64,000 nt of DNA from NCBI GenBank assembly GCA_040880505.1, contig JBBDIH010000212.1, positions 22,751 to 86,750 on the forward strand. The letters are read 5' to 3'. Origin of the DNA: Minisyncoccota bacterium (GTDB lineage: Bacteria; Patescibacteriota; Minisyncoccia; UBA6257; GWB1-50-10). Position numbers and translations under genes: made by a program. The notes below the pieces were generated by a model. It ran no database searches. It saw only the letters and a list, made by a program, of their open reading frames with translations, and had not been told where the DNA came from. Shown here in pieces: positions 49,651 through 59,173 of this stretch (the first letter of the stretch is position 1; every line of letters begins with the position of its first letter).

Positions 49651-50361
49651 ATGAACTCTAGAACTAGGATAATCCTTAAAAAGAGTGTTAGGGATTTTAT
49701 AAATACTGGCAGGCCAATTACTTCAGAATATCTGTATGAAACTTATGATTTTGGTATTAAACCAGCAATGATCAGAAGAGAGTTAAGTATATTAGATGAT
49801 AGTGGTTACTTAGAACAGATACATACATCTGGAGGTAGACTACCAACTAATAAAGCTTACAAGTATTTTGTAAGTTCTGTACTTAAAAAAGATGACCTAC
49901 TTTCTGATTTCTTAGATGATAGTGTAGATATATTAGAAACATTAATTTCTGGAGAAATAAACACCTTTACAAGAAATTTATCTAATCAATTAAAATCTCT
50001 AAGCGTCTTATATGAAATAGAGAAACAACTGGTTCATGACAGTGGTCTTGAAAATTTATTTAGAGAGATAGAATGGGAGGATAAGTCTGATTTATTAGAA
50101 ATAATAAGAGATCTTGAGCTTTTACCTAATAAATTAAAGAAGAGTAAATTAATAAACAAAAGAGGTTGTTGGCATAAAGTTTTTATAGGAAAAAGTCCAA
50201 TAACAAAAAGTGATAGATTATCTATGGTGGTTAGTAAAATTAAAACAAAAAATGGAGATCAAGTTGTTATGGTAATTGGACCGAGAAGAATGGATTATGA
50301 AAAAGCTTTGGGTATTTTAAAAAGTTTAGAAAATTTAATAGAAAAAAATGAAAGAAGATAA
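49651..50361 (+). CDS. hrcA: Heat-inducible transcription repressor HrcA (short form)
   Basis: F...GRPITS, PAMIRREL..L...GYL.Q.HTSGGRLPT..AY, VIGPRRMDY; ATG 49651 chosen because TTG 49612 lies within the promoter. Confidence 0.92.
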   Translation: MNSRTRIILKKSVRDFINTGRPITSEYLYETYDFGIKPAMIRRELSILDDSGYLEQIHTSGGRLPTNKAYKYFVSSVLKKDDLLSDFLDDSVDILETLISGEINTFTRNLSNQLKSLSVLYEIEKQLVHDSGLENLFREIEWEDKSDLLEIIRDLELLPNKLKKSKLINKRGCWHKVFIGKSPITKSDRLSMVVSKIKTKNGDQVVMVIGPRRMDYEKALGILKSLENLIEKNERR

Positions 50362-50842
50362 AAATATAAAATATAATATAGAGGAATTAAAAAATAAATT
50401 AGAAGAATGCGAAAATGAAAAAAATGAATATTTAAACGGTTGGAAAAGAGCAAAGGCAGATTTTATTAATTATAAAAAAGAAGAAAGTGATAGATTTGAT
50501 AGTATGATAAGAAACAGTCAAAAAAAGCTTATATCCGATATATTAACGGTTTTAGATAGTTTTGAATTAGGAATAGTTATGACAGAAGGAGATAAAATGG
50601 AGAAAAAAGGAGTTGAGCTGATAAAAGGACAGTTAGAAGATTCATTAAAGAAAAACGGTGTTATTAAAATTAAAGTTCAAATTGGAGATGATTTTAATCC
50701 AGAAATTCATGAAGCTGTAGAGCAGGTAGAATCAGATCAACCAGAGGGTACAGTAGCCGGAGTAGTAGAAAAAGGGTATGCGATAAACGATAAAGTTATA
50801 AGACCAGTAAAAGTAAAAATTTCAGTCGATAAAAATAATTAA
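50348..50842 (+). CDS. grpE: Nucleotide exchange factor GrpE
   Basis: RAKADFINYKK, FNPEIHEAV, KGY...KVIRP.KV. Confidence 0.96.
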   Translation: MKEDKNIKYNIEELKNKLEECENEKNEYLNGWKRAKADFINYKKEESDRFDSMIRNSQKKLISDILTVLDSFELGIVMTEGDKMEKKGVELIKGQLEDSLKKNGVIKIKVQIGDDFNPEIHEAVEQVESDQPEGTVAGVVEKGYAINDKVIRPVKVKISVDKNN

Positions 50843-50863
50843 AATAATAATTAATATAAAAAT

Positions 50864-52804
50864 ATGAGTAAAATTTTAGGAATAGATTTAGGAACAACAA
50901 ATTCTGCCATGGCAGTAGTAGAAGGTGGAGAACCAAAAGTTTTAGAAAATCATGAAGGATCAAGAACTACACCTTCTGTGGTAGCGATTTCAAAATCAGG
51001 AGAAAGAATCGTAGGACAAGTGGCAAAACGTCAGGCTGTGGTTAACTCAAAAAACACAGTGTTTTCTGTTAAAAGATTCATAGGTAGAAGATTCGATGAA
51101 GATGAAGTTAAAAAAGATAATGAACTTTATCCTTATGAAATGAGACAATCGGATCAAAAAGGAGTAGAAGTTCAAATGGGAGAAAGATGGCACAAGCCAG
51201 AAGAGATATCAGCTATGATTCTTCAAAAGATGAAAGCTGATGCTGAAGCTAAATTAGGAGAAAAAATAGAAAAAGCAGTTATAACAGTTCCTGCTTACTT
51301 TGATGACAGTCAAAGACAAGCTACTAAACAAGCTGGTGAAATTGCTGGTTTTAAAGTAGAAAGAATATTAAATGAGCCTACAGCTGCAGCATTAGCTTAT
51401 GGATTAAACAAAAAAAATGAAGAAAAGATTGTAGTTTATGATTTGGGTGGAGGTACATTTGATATCTCTGTTTTAGAGGTAGGGGATAACACTGTAGAGG
51501 TAAAAGCAACAGGTGGAGACACTCACTTGGGTGGAGATGACTTTGACAACAGAATTATTGAATACTTAATTGCTGAGTACAAAAAACAACAAGGAGTCGA
51601 TCTATCAAAAGATCCTTTAGCAATTCAAAGATTAAAAGAAGCAGCAGAAAAAGCTAAGCATGAATTATCAGCCGCTTCTGATACTGAGATAAATCTTCCG
51701 TATATTACTTCTGGAGAGGACGGACCAAAACACTTTGTTATGAAAATTACTAGATCAAAACTAGAAGAATTAGTTTCAGATTTAATAGAGAAATCAATAA
51801 AATTAACAAAAGAAACAATAACATTAGAAGCTCCAAAAGGAGCAGGATTTAAGATAGAAGACATAGATGAAATAATTTTAGTTGGTGGACAAACAAGAAT
51901 GCCAGCAGTGCAATCTGCAGTTAAAAAGATGTTTGGAAAAGATCCTCATAAAGGAATTAATCCAGACGAAGTTGTATCTATTGGAGCAGCAGTTCAAGCC
52001 GGAATTCTTCAAGGAGATGTTAAAGACATTCTTCTTTTAGATGTTACTCCCTTAACTTTAAGTATCGAAACATTAGGTGGAGTAGCAACTCCAATGATAG
52101 AAAAAAACACCACCATCCCAACTAGTAAAACTCAGACATTTTCAACAGCTGCTGATAATCAACCATCAGTAGATGTTAAGGTCTTACAAGGTGAAAGACC
52201 AATGGCAAATGACAATAAAGTTTTAGCTAACTTTATTTTAGATGGCATACCTCCAGCACCAAGAGGAACTCCTCAAATCGAAGTTACTTTTGATATAGAT
52301 GCTAATGGAATATTAAATGTTTCAGCAAAAGATAAAGCTTCAGGTAAAACACAGTCAGTTAAGGTAGAAGCTACAACTAGTCTATCTAAAGAAGAAGTAG
52401 AAAACCTTAAGAAAGAAGCAACTGAACACGCAGAAGAAGACAAGAAAAAGAAAGAATCAATAGAAGTTAAAAATAATGCAGATTCTTTAATATACACAAC
52501 AGAAAAAGCATTAAATGACGCAGGTGATAAGGTTCCAGAAGAAACAAAGAATACGATAAATGAAAAAATAGAAAAACTAAAAAATCTTAAAGATGGAGAC
52601 GATATAGAATCTATTAAATCTGCTAGCGAAGAATTATCCTCAGAGATTCAAAAAATAGGTCAATCAATGTATAGTGATAAACAAGAAGAAACCACTAATA
52701 CTGAAAACTCTGACGAGCCAAAAGAAGACAAGAAATCACCAGAAGACTCTGAAAAGAAAGATAATAATGAAGAAGAAAAAGAAGAAAAAGAAGAAAAAGA
52801 ATAA
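50864..52804 (+). CDS. dnaK: Molecular chaperone DnaK
   Basis: [31 protein letters not shown]. Confidence 0.99.
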   Translation: MSKILGIDLGTTNSAMAVVEGGEPKVLENHEGSRTTPSVVAISKSGERIVGQVAKRQAVVNSKNTVFSVKRFIGRRFDEDEVKKDNELYPYEMRQSDQKGVEVQMGERWHKPEEISAMILQKMKADAEAKLGEKIEKAVITVPAYFDDSQRQATKQAGEIAGFKVERILNEPTAAALAYGLNKKNEEKIVVYDLGGGTFDISVLEVGDNTVEVKATGGDTHLGGDDFDNRIIEYLIAEYKKQQGVDLSKDPLAIQRLKEAAEKAKHELSAASDTEINLPYITSGEDGPKHFVMKITRSKLEELVSDLIEKSIKLTKETITLEAPKGAGFKIEDIDEIILVGGQTRMPAVQSAVKKMFGKDPHKGINPDEVVSIGAAVQAGILQGDVKDILLLDVTPLTLSIETLGGVATPMIEKNTTIPTSKTQTFSTAADNQPSVDVKVLQGERPMANDNKVLANFILDGIPPAPRGTPQIEVTFDIDANGILNVSAKDKASGKTQSVKVEATTSLSKEEVENLKKEATEHAEEDKKKKESIEVKNNADSLIYTTEKALNDAGDKVPEETKNTINEKIEKLKNLKDGDDIESIKSASEELSSEIQKIGQSMYSDKQEETTNTENSDEPKEDKKSPEDSEKKDNNEEEKEEKEEKE

Positions 52805-52854
52805 ACAAATTTAGCTCCCTCTTTTGGAGGATCTAAAAACCCGAGCAAAATATC

Positions 52855-53838
52855 ATGTCAAAATTTTTCACCAAAATATTTCCGATGGCGGCCATAGGTA
52901 CAATTCTAAGCTTCTTTACCTTTCTACTTTTTAGAAAAGTAATAGAAAGCTTAGATTTTGGTGATTTTACTTTTGTTTTGATTTTACTTTCAACCTTTTT
53001 AATTGTTTTAACCACAGAAGTATTTTTTATAGAAAAATTCAAGCATCTTTTCTGGGTTAGTTTTGTTCAGCTCTCAACACCTCTAATAGTCTTTAGGGAT
53101 TATTTTTTTACAGAATTTCAATTTCTTCCAGTTTTAGGGATAGTTATATTTCTTTATTTTTCTATTTGGTCAGTAAGAAGAGGTTATAAAACATTAAAGA
53201 ATAGTATAAATATAGAATTTTTTGTGGTTGCCAGAAGAGTTACTCCAAGAGTAGTTTCTGGTGCTTTAATTTTCTTTGCTATATTCTCTTATTTTCATTT
53301 CTTCCAGTTAGGTAATTTTTCTAATGAAACAGCAGAAAATATTTTTGATAAAACATTAAATGCTTCAACTCCTATACTGCAGATATGGTTTTCAGATGTA
53401 ACATTTGATATGACAGTAGATGAAGCTTTAAGAGAAATGAGTGAAACTCAAGTTAATAGATCTCAAATTGATTTACTACAGCAAGGTATAAATTTAGATC
53501 AATTACCAGTAACCTTTAGAGAAAATCTTATTAATGAAACATCTATAAAAATAAAAGAATCAGTAGAGGCCGTTACTGGAACTTTAGACGGTAATCAATC
53601 TTTGAGAGATGCGCTTTTTCAAGTTGTTAGTGGAAAAGTAGCAGATTTATCAAATGCAGCAAAATTAATTATTTCGGTTTTAGTTATATCTTTAATATTT
53701 ATGGTTTTCAAAGGTATAGCTTGGCTAGTTTATCTTCCAGCAGAAATAATATCATTTCTATTATTTGAGTTGTTACTTTTAACTGGTTTTGGTAAATTAG
53801 CAACAGAAAATCTAACAAGAGAGGTTATAACAATATAA
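52855..53838 (+). CDS. Hypothetical multi-pass membrane protein between dnaK and dnaJ
   Basis: 327-aa ORF with about six hydrophobic segments. Confidence 0.7.
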   Translation: MSKFFTKIFPMAAIGTILSFFTFLLFRKVIESLDFGDFTFVLILLSTFLIVLTTEVFFIEKFKHLFWVSFVQLSTPLIVFRDYFFTEFQFLPVLGIVIFLYFSIWSVRRGYKTLKNSINIEFFVVARRVTPRVVSGALIFFAIFSYFHFFQLGNFSNETAENIFDKTLNASTPILQIWFSDVTFDMTVDEALREMSETQVNRSQIDLLQQGINLDQLPVTFRENLINETSIKIKESVEAVTGTLDGNQSLRDALFQVVSGKVADLSNAAKLIISVLVISLIFMVFKGIAWLVYLPAEIISFLLFELLLLTGFGKLATENLTREVITI

Positions 53839-53840
53839 AT

Positions 53841-54944
53841 ATGTCAAAAGATTACTACAAAATATTAGGAGTAGAAAAAACTTCTTCTGATGAAGAAATA
53901 AAAAAAGCCTACAGAAAGCTTGCACATAAATATCACCCAGATAAAGATGGTGGAGATGAAACTAAGTTTAAAGAAATAAACGAAGCATACCAAATACTGT
54001 CTAATAAAAATAAAAAAGCACAGTATGATAAATTTGGTTCTAATTTTTCTGGATCAGGATTTCCTGGAGGCGCAGGTCAAAATTGGGATTTTAATAACGT
54101 AAACGTAAATTGGTCTGATATGGGGGACATGAGTGATGTATTTGAAGATTTATTTTCTCATTTTTCTGGCGGAGCAGGTAGAACTCAAAGAAGAACATAT
54201 AATAACGGATCAGACATAGAATCAGTTATAGATATTTCTTTAGAAGAGGCTTTTACAGGACTAGAAAGAAAAATAAAAATTAAAACATCAATAGAGTGTA
54301 ATGAATGTAATGGGTTAGGACATGAAAAAGATTCAGATTTTGAAGAGTGTGGTTTTTGCCAAGGAAAAGGTGAAATTCATGAAAAGAGAAGGACATTTTT
54401 TGGAGAGTTTTCTCAAGTAAAATCTTGTCATAAATGTAATGGCAGAGGAGAGGTACCAGAAAATCCTTGTAGCAACTGTTCTGGATCAGGTAGAGTAGTT
54501 GGTTATAGGGAAGCAGATATAGAAATAAGTCCAGGCATAAACTCTGGTCAGGTAATAAAAATAAAAGGAGAAGGAGAAGCAGGAGAGAGAGGTGGAACAT
54601 CTGGTGATCTTTATATTATAGTTAGGGTAAAACCTCACGAAACCTTCAAAAGAGAAGGACAGAATCTTTTCTTAAATAAAGACATAGAAATAACAGATGC
54701 TTTGTTAGGTAAAGAGATAAACATAAAAGGAATAAGTGGCAAAGAGTTTAACGTTAAAATACCAGAAGGATTTAACTTAAATGAAAGATTAAAAATAGAA
54801 GGGAAAGGCATGCCTAAATTTAATCTAGGCAAAACAAGTGTTTTAAGAGGAAATCTTTATATTTTATTTAATTTAAAAACCCCCTCAAAAATCTCTAAAA
54901 AAGCTAAAAAAATATTAGAAGAACTAGACGAAGAAATTAATTAA
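53841..54944 (+). CDS. dnaJ: Chaperone DnaJ
   Basis: J-domain HPD, G/F-rich region, four CxxCxGxG repeats. Confidence 0.98.
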   Translation: MSKDYYKILGVEKTSSDEEIKKAYRKLAHKYHPDKDGGDETKFKEINEAYQILSNKNKKAQYDKFGSNFSGSGFPGGAGQNWDFNNVNVNWSDMGDMSDVFEDLFSHFSGGAGRTQRRTYNNGSDIESVIDISLEEAFTGLERKIKIKTSIECNECNGLGHEKDSDFEECGFCQGKGEIHEKRRTFFGEFSQVKSCHKCNGRGEVPENPCSNCSGSGRVVGYREADIEISPGINSGQVIKIKGEGEAGERGGTSGDLYIIVRVKPHETFKREGQNLFLNKDIEITDALLGKEINIKGISGKEFNVKIPEGFNLNERLKIEGKGMPKFNLGKTSVLRGNLYILFNLKTPSKISKKAKKILEELDEEIN

Positions 54945-54949
54945 AATTA

Positions 54950-54977
54950 TTGACATTTTCTCTCTTTAATATAATAT
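54950..54977 (+). promoter_or_regulatory. Sigma70 promoter of rplJL
   Basis: TTGACA followed by overlapping TATAAT/TAATAT -10 candidates. Confidence 0.55.
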
Positions 54978-54987
54978 TGTAAGTATT

Positions 54988-55097
54988 CCGCAGACAGTGG
55001 GAGTTTTACAGATAAGTTATATTTATTTTCTCATTTGTAATTATAATGCCCACCGAGGAGAGAACAAAACAATATTTGTTGTCTTTAAATTCTGCGG
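54988..55097 (+). promoter_or_regulatory. Ribosomal protein L10 leader (cis-regulatory RNA)
   Basis: CCGCAGACAGTGGG...TAATGCCCACCGAGG...TCTGCGG, matching the GACAGyRGG...TAA...CCyRCCGAGG pattern, upstream of rplJ. Confidence 0.8.
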
Positions 55098-55134
55098 CCA
55101 AAGGGTCGTTTTTAAATTTTAAAGCTATTAATTA

Positions 55135-55626
55135 ATGGCAAAAACAAAAGTACAAAAAGAAAAGGCAGTAAAAATCTTAAAAGATAAGTTAGAAAAAAAT
55201 AATGGATTTATTCTAGTTGGTTTTTCTGGATTAGAGGTTAATGAGTTGAATGATTTAAGAAGAGAAATACAAAACTCTGGAGGACATTTAAGAGTTGCAA
55301 AGAAAAATCTTTTAAAATTAGCTTTTAAAGAAAATAATATTGATTTTTCTTTTGATGAAGATTATTTAGGTCAAACAGCTTTTGTTGTTTTTGAAAATCT
55401 TCCAGAAATTGCAGGAGCAGTTTTTGATTTTTCAAAAGATAATGATATTAATATTTTAGGAGGATTCAATCTTAATGATCAAAATCCTTTAGAAGCTGAT
55501 TATATTACAAAAATAGGCCAATTACCTTCAAGAAAAGTTCTTTTAGGACAGATTGTTGGATCTATTTCTTCACCAATTAGATCATTCATATATGCAATTA
55601 AGCAAATTAGCGAAGTAAAAAATTAA
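55135..55626 (+). CDS. rplJ: 50S ribosomal protein L10
   Basis: GL.V.EL..LRR, VAKKNLLKLA, LPSR..LL; upstream of rplL. Confidence 0.94.
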   Translation: MAKTKVQKEKAVKILKDKLEKNNGFILVGFSGLEVNELNDLRREIQNSGGHLRVAKKNLLKLAFKENNIDFSFDEDYLGQTAFVVFENLPEIAGAVFDFSKDNDINILGGFNLNDQNPLEADYITKIGQLPSRKVLLGQIVGSISSPIRSFIYAIKQISEVKN

Positions 55627-55660
55627 ATTAGTCGAAAAAATAATTTAAACATATAAAAAT

Positions 55661-56170
55661 ATGGCAGAAGATAACAAAAAAGAAGAAGTAAAAGAAGAAG
55701 AAACTAAAGAAGAAACTAAAGAAGAGCCTAAAGAGGAAGAGAAAAAAAAGGAACCTAAAGAAAAAGTAAAAGAAGAAGAAACTAAAGATGAACCAGAAGA
55801 AGTAGAAGTTCCTAAAGAATTTAAGGACATAGTCGAAAAAATAGAAAAAATGAACGTAGTTGAACTTTCTGACTTAGTTGAAGTACTAGAAAAGAAATTT
55901 GGTGTATCAGCAATGGCCCCAGTAGCGGCTGGTGGAGCAGCAGGAGCTGTTGAGGAAAAAACAGAATTTAATGTTCACTTAAAAGCTGTAGGTGATCAAA
56001 AGATTAACGTTATTAAGGCCGTTAAAGCAATAACTGGCCTTGGCTTAAAAGAAGCTAAGGATTTAGTTGATGGAGCTCCAAGCACCATTAAAGAAGAAGT
56101 AAAGAAAGAAGACGCCGAAGAAATGAAAGCAAAGCTAGAAGAAGCAGGAGCTACAGTAGAACTTCAGTAA
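55661..56170 (+). CDS. rplL: 50S ribosomal protein L7/L12 with acidic N-terminal extension
   Basis: [16 protein letters not shown]...[21 protein letters not shown]. Confidence 0.98.
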   Translation: MAEDNKKEEVKEEETKEETKEEPKEEEKKKEPKEKVKEEETKDEPEEVEVPKEFKDIVEKIEKMNVVELSDLVEVLEKKFGVSAMAPVAAGGAAGAVEEKTEFNVHLKAVGDQKINVIKAVKAITGLGLKEAKDLVDGAPSTIKEEVKKEDAEEMKAKLEEAGATVELQ

Positions 56171-56184
56171 TTTATTACTAAACT

Positions 56185-56245
56185 AAAAAAGAAACCTTCT
56201 CAAAGAAAATAACATCTGTTTTTCTGAAGAGAGGTTTCTTTTTTT
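56185..56245 (+). terminator. Hairpin/terminator after rplL
   Basis: AAAAAAGAAACCT...AGGTTTCTTTTTTT. Confidence 0.65.
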
Positions 56246-56280
56246 AATACTTAAGTAAATGTTTTGGTATAATAAAAGAA

Positions 56281-56871
56281 ATGACTAAAGAAGAAAAATT
56301 GAAAAAGTTAAGAGAAGAAATAATTAATGATAAAACTCTACCTCTTAAATCTAATCTAGTTTTTGGAGAGGGTAGTGGAAATGCAGATATTCTTTTTATA
56401 GGAGAGGCTCCTGGAGCAAAAGAAGATGAATTAGTCAGGCCTTTTGTTGGTAGATCAGGTAAATTACTTAACAAATTTATAGAATCAGTTGGCTGGAAAA
56501 GAGAGGACACATATATAACAAATATTGTAAAAAGAAGGCCACCTAAAAATAGAGATCCAGAGCCCGAAGAAATTGAAAAGTATAGGACTTATCTTACAAA
56601 ACAAATAGAAATAATAAATCCTAAGATAATCGTTCCTTTAGGTAGGTTTTCTATGAATTATTTTATTCCTGATAGAATGATATCCAAAAACCAAGGCAAG
56701 TTATTTTTAAAAGACGATAGATTAATTATCCCTATTTATCATCCAGCCGCAGGACTTCGCTCTACTAAAGTTTTAGAAGATATAAAGAAAAGTTTTAAAA
56801 CTCTAAAAACTGTAGTTAATAATTTTGATACAATAATAGAAGATAAGAAATACAAAATAGAAAAAATATAA
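56281..56871 (+). CDS. Uracil-DNA glycosylase family 4
   Basis: GEAPG..ED...PFVGRSG.LL, YITN.VK.RPP.NR, YHPAA. Confidence 0.93.
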   Translation: MTKEEKLKKLREEIINDKTLPLKSNLVFGEGSGNADILFIGEAPGAKEDELVRPFVGRSGKLLNKFIESVGWKREDTYITNIVKRRPPKNRDPEPEEIEKYRTYLTKQIEIINPKIIVPLGRFSMNYFIPDRMISKNQGKLFLKDDRLIIPIYHPAAGLRSTKVLEDIKKSFKTLKTVVNNFDTIIEDKKYKIEKI

Positions 56872-56874
56872 AAA

Positions 56875-57288
56875 ATGAAAAGAATATCAAAAGAAAAAAC
56901 CTTTTTTAAAATAGCTGAAGTATTAAAGGATAGAAGCACATGTTTAATGGCAAAGGTAGGCTGTGTTATAACTGACTCAGAAATGATTAATATAATTTCT
57001 ATAGGTTATAATGGAAATTATTCTGGTGGACCGAATCACTGCGATCAAGAAGTTGAAAAAGGATGTAACTGTGTTCATGCTGAAATTAATGCCATAACAA
57101 AAGCAGAGAAATCATTAAAAAATGCTGTTTTATTTTCTACCCATGAACCTTGTTTAATGTGTTCAAAATCCATTATTAATAGTGGTATAAAAAAGGTATT
57201 TTTTTATAAAAATTACTCTTATAGTGAGGGTTCCGATATAATGAAAAAAGCTGGTATTACAGTAGAAAGAATAAGTACTAATGATTAA
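56875..57288 (+). CDS. dCMP deaminase (ComEB-like)
   Basis: RSTC, GYNG, HAEINAI and PCLMC motifs. Confidence 0.92.
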   Translation: MKRISKEKTFFKIAEVLKDRSTCLMAKVGCVITDSEMINIISIGYNGNYSGGPNHCDQEVEKGCNCVHAEINAITKAEKSLKNAVLFSTHEPCLMCSKSIINSGIKKVFFYKNYSYSEGSDIMKKAGITVERISTND

Positions 57289-58972
57289 CTTTATAAAAAA
57301 TATTTTTAGTCAAAAAAATGAAGATTTTTATTTTTCATTTCTTAAGGACTTAGAAACCGTCACAGAAAAAGATGTTACTTTAAATATTCCTCCAAGTCAT
57401 ATAGAGGCAGACTTTGCTTTAATGACCAATAATCCAAAGATAAATAAATATTTATCTAATAAAATTAAAGATTCAAAAAATAAATACATAGATGAGGTAA
57501 AAGCAGCGGGACCATTCATTAATTTATTTTTAAATAAAAAAACTTTTTATAATAAAACCCTAAAAAACATTATTGCTAGAGAAAATAGTTACGGGAACAA
57601 TAAAATAAATAAAAAATTATTTATAGAGTATTCTTCACCAAACATAGCTAAACCTTTAGGAATAGGTCATTTAAGATCTACTGTTATTGGTGAAGCTTTA
57701 GCTAAAATACATGAAAAGCAGGGTTACAGAGTTTTTAGAGAGAACTACTTAGGTGATTGGGGCACTCAGTTTGGTAAACTTGTTTATGCCTATAAGGAAT
57801 GGGGCAATGATGAAGAAATAAAAAAGAACCCTACTAAAGAGTTAAAAAATCTTTATGTTAGATTCCAGAAAGAATCAGAAAAGGATAAAAGTATTGAGGA
57901 TAATGCTAGAGAATTTTTAAATAAACTAGAGAATGGTGATAAGGAGTTAATGAAACTTTGGGAAAGCTTTAGAGAACCAAGTGTTGTTGGTTTTAAAAAA
58001 ACTTACACAAGACTAGGAATTAAATTTGATAGATTCAGTGGAGAAAGTGAGTACGTAAAACAAAGCTTAGATTTAATAAATGAGTGTGAAAAGAGGGGAC
58101 TATGTGAAAAAGGTGAAGGAAAATCTTTAATAGTTGAATTAGATGGTTTACCATCTTTTCTTTTGAGAAAAAAGGATGGCTCTACACTTTATCTAACAAG
58201 AGATTTAGCTGCGCTAAAAGATAGAATTAAAAATCATAATCCAGATAAAATTTTATATATAGTAGGAAACGAACAGAAACTTCACTTTAGACAGTTATTT
58301 GCCTTAGCAGAGAAGTTAAAAATTATAGAAGATCATAACGTGGAACATGTAGGTTATGGACTGATACTTTCCAACGGTAAAAAAATGTCTACTAGAAAAG
58401 GTACTACTGTCATGCTCTCAGAAATTTTTAATGAGTCAGTAAGTAAGTCTAAAAAAATAATAGAAGAAAAAAGTCCAGAATTACTAAAAGAAGAGAAGAA
58501 AGAAATTTCAGAAATTCTTGGAGTTGGCTCTGTTGTTTATAACGATCTTCGCCATGACAGAGAAAAGGATATAAATTTTGATTGGGATAAAGTGCTAAGT
58601 TTTGAAGGAGGAAGCGCTGTTTATCTTCAATACACTTACGCTAGAATAATGTCTATTATAAACAAGGTTTCTAATGATTCAATTCCACATAAACTTACCT
58701 TTGAAAATGATTTAGAATTTGATCTAGCTAAACAGTTATTTATTTTCCCTAAAATTTTAAATATCTCTTGTGAAAATGAAGAGCCTCATAAGATTTGTTC
58801 TTACTTAGAAGATTTAGCGCAGAGCTTTAATAGTTTTTATGGCAACACCTCTATTATTAATACAGAGAATAGCAACTTAAAATTATCTAGAATTCAATTA
58901 GCAAAACAAGTTTCTGTAGTAATAAAAGAAGGTTTAAGAATTTTAGGAATAGCTGTCCCTAATAAGATGTAA
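57281..58972 (+). CDS. argS: Arginine--tRNA ligase
   Basis: EYSSPNIAKP..IGHLRS, GDWGTQFG, KMSTRKG, YLQY.YAR. Confidence 0.97.
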   Translation: MINFIKNIFSQKNEDFYFSFLKDLETVTEKDVTLNIPPSHIEADFALMTNNPKINKYLSNKIKDSKNKYIDEVKAAGPFINLFLNKKTFYNKTLKNIIARENSYGNNKINKKLFIEYSSPNIAKPLGIGHLRSTVIGEALAKIHEKQGYRVFRENYLGDWGTQFGKLVYAYKEWGNDEEIKKNPTKELKNLYVRFQKESEKDKSIEDNAREFLNKLENGDKELMKLWESFREPSVVGFKKTYTRLGIKFDRFSGESEYVKQSLDLINECEKRGLCEKGEGKSLIVELDGLPSFLLRKKDGSTLYLTRDLAALKDRIKNHNPDKILYIVGNEQKLHFRQLFALAEKLKIIEDHNVEHVGYGLILSNGKKMSTRKGTTVMLSEIFNESVSKSKKIIEEKSPELLKEEKKEISEILGVGSVVYNDLRHDREKDINFDWDKVLSFEGGSAVYLQYTYARIMSIINKVSNDSIPHKLTFENDLEFDLAKQLFIFPKILNISCENEEPHKICSYLEDLAQSFNSFYGNTSIINTENSNLKLSRIQLAKQVSVVIKEGLRILGIAVPNKM

Positions 58973-59002
58973 TTATTGACCTTCTCCGTTGCGGTAAATG
59001 AT

Positions 59003-59170
59003 TGTGGATAACTTTTGCTTCTGAAAATAAAAATCGCTTTATAAAGCCATTTTCACCCCCTAATAAAATAGGGGTTTTGTATTTGAAGTAAAACGCTTTA
59101 GTGGTATACTTATACATAGAAGTGGGGCGTTGTGGATAACTATGTGGATAAGGCCTCATTCTGGGGATAA
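59003..59170. promoter_or_regulatory. Cluster of DnaA boxes and GTGG (MraZ-box-like) repeats in the mraZ promoter region
   Basis: TGTGGATAA at 59003, 59131 and 59143; TGGGGATAA at 59162; GTGG at 59101, 59122, 59132 and 59144. Confidence 0.75.
59083..59110 (+). promoter_or_regulatory. Sigma70 promoter of the mraZ/dcw operon
   Basis: TTGAAG-16 bp-TATACT with extended -10 TG. Confidence 0.6.
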
Positions 59171-59173
59171 CTT
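59159..59173. repeat. Dispersed palindromic repeat, copy 5 (15-bp arm fragment)
   Basis: TTCTGGGGATAACTT, identical to part of the right arm of copy 1. Confidence 0.6.
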
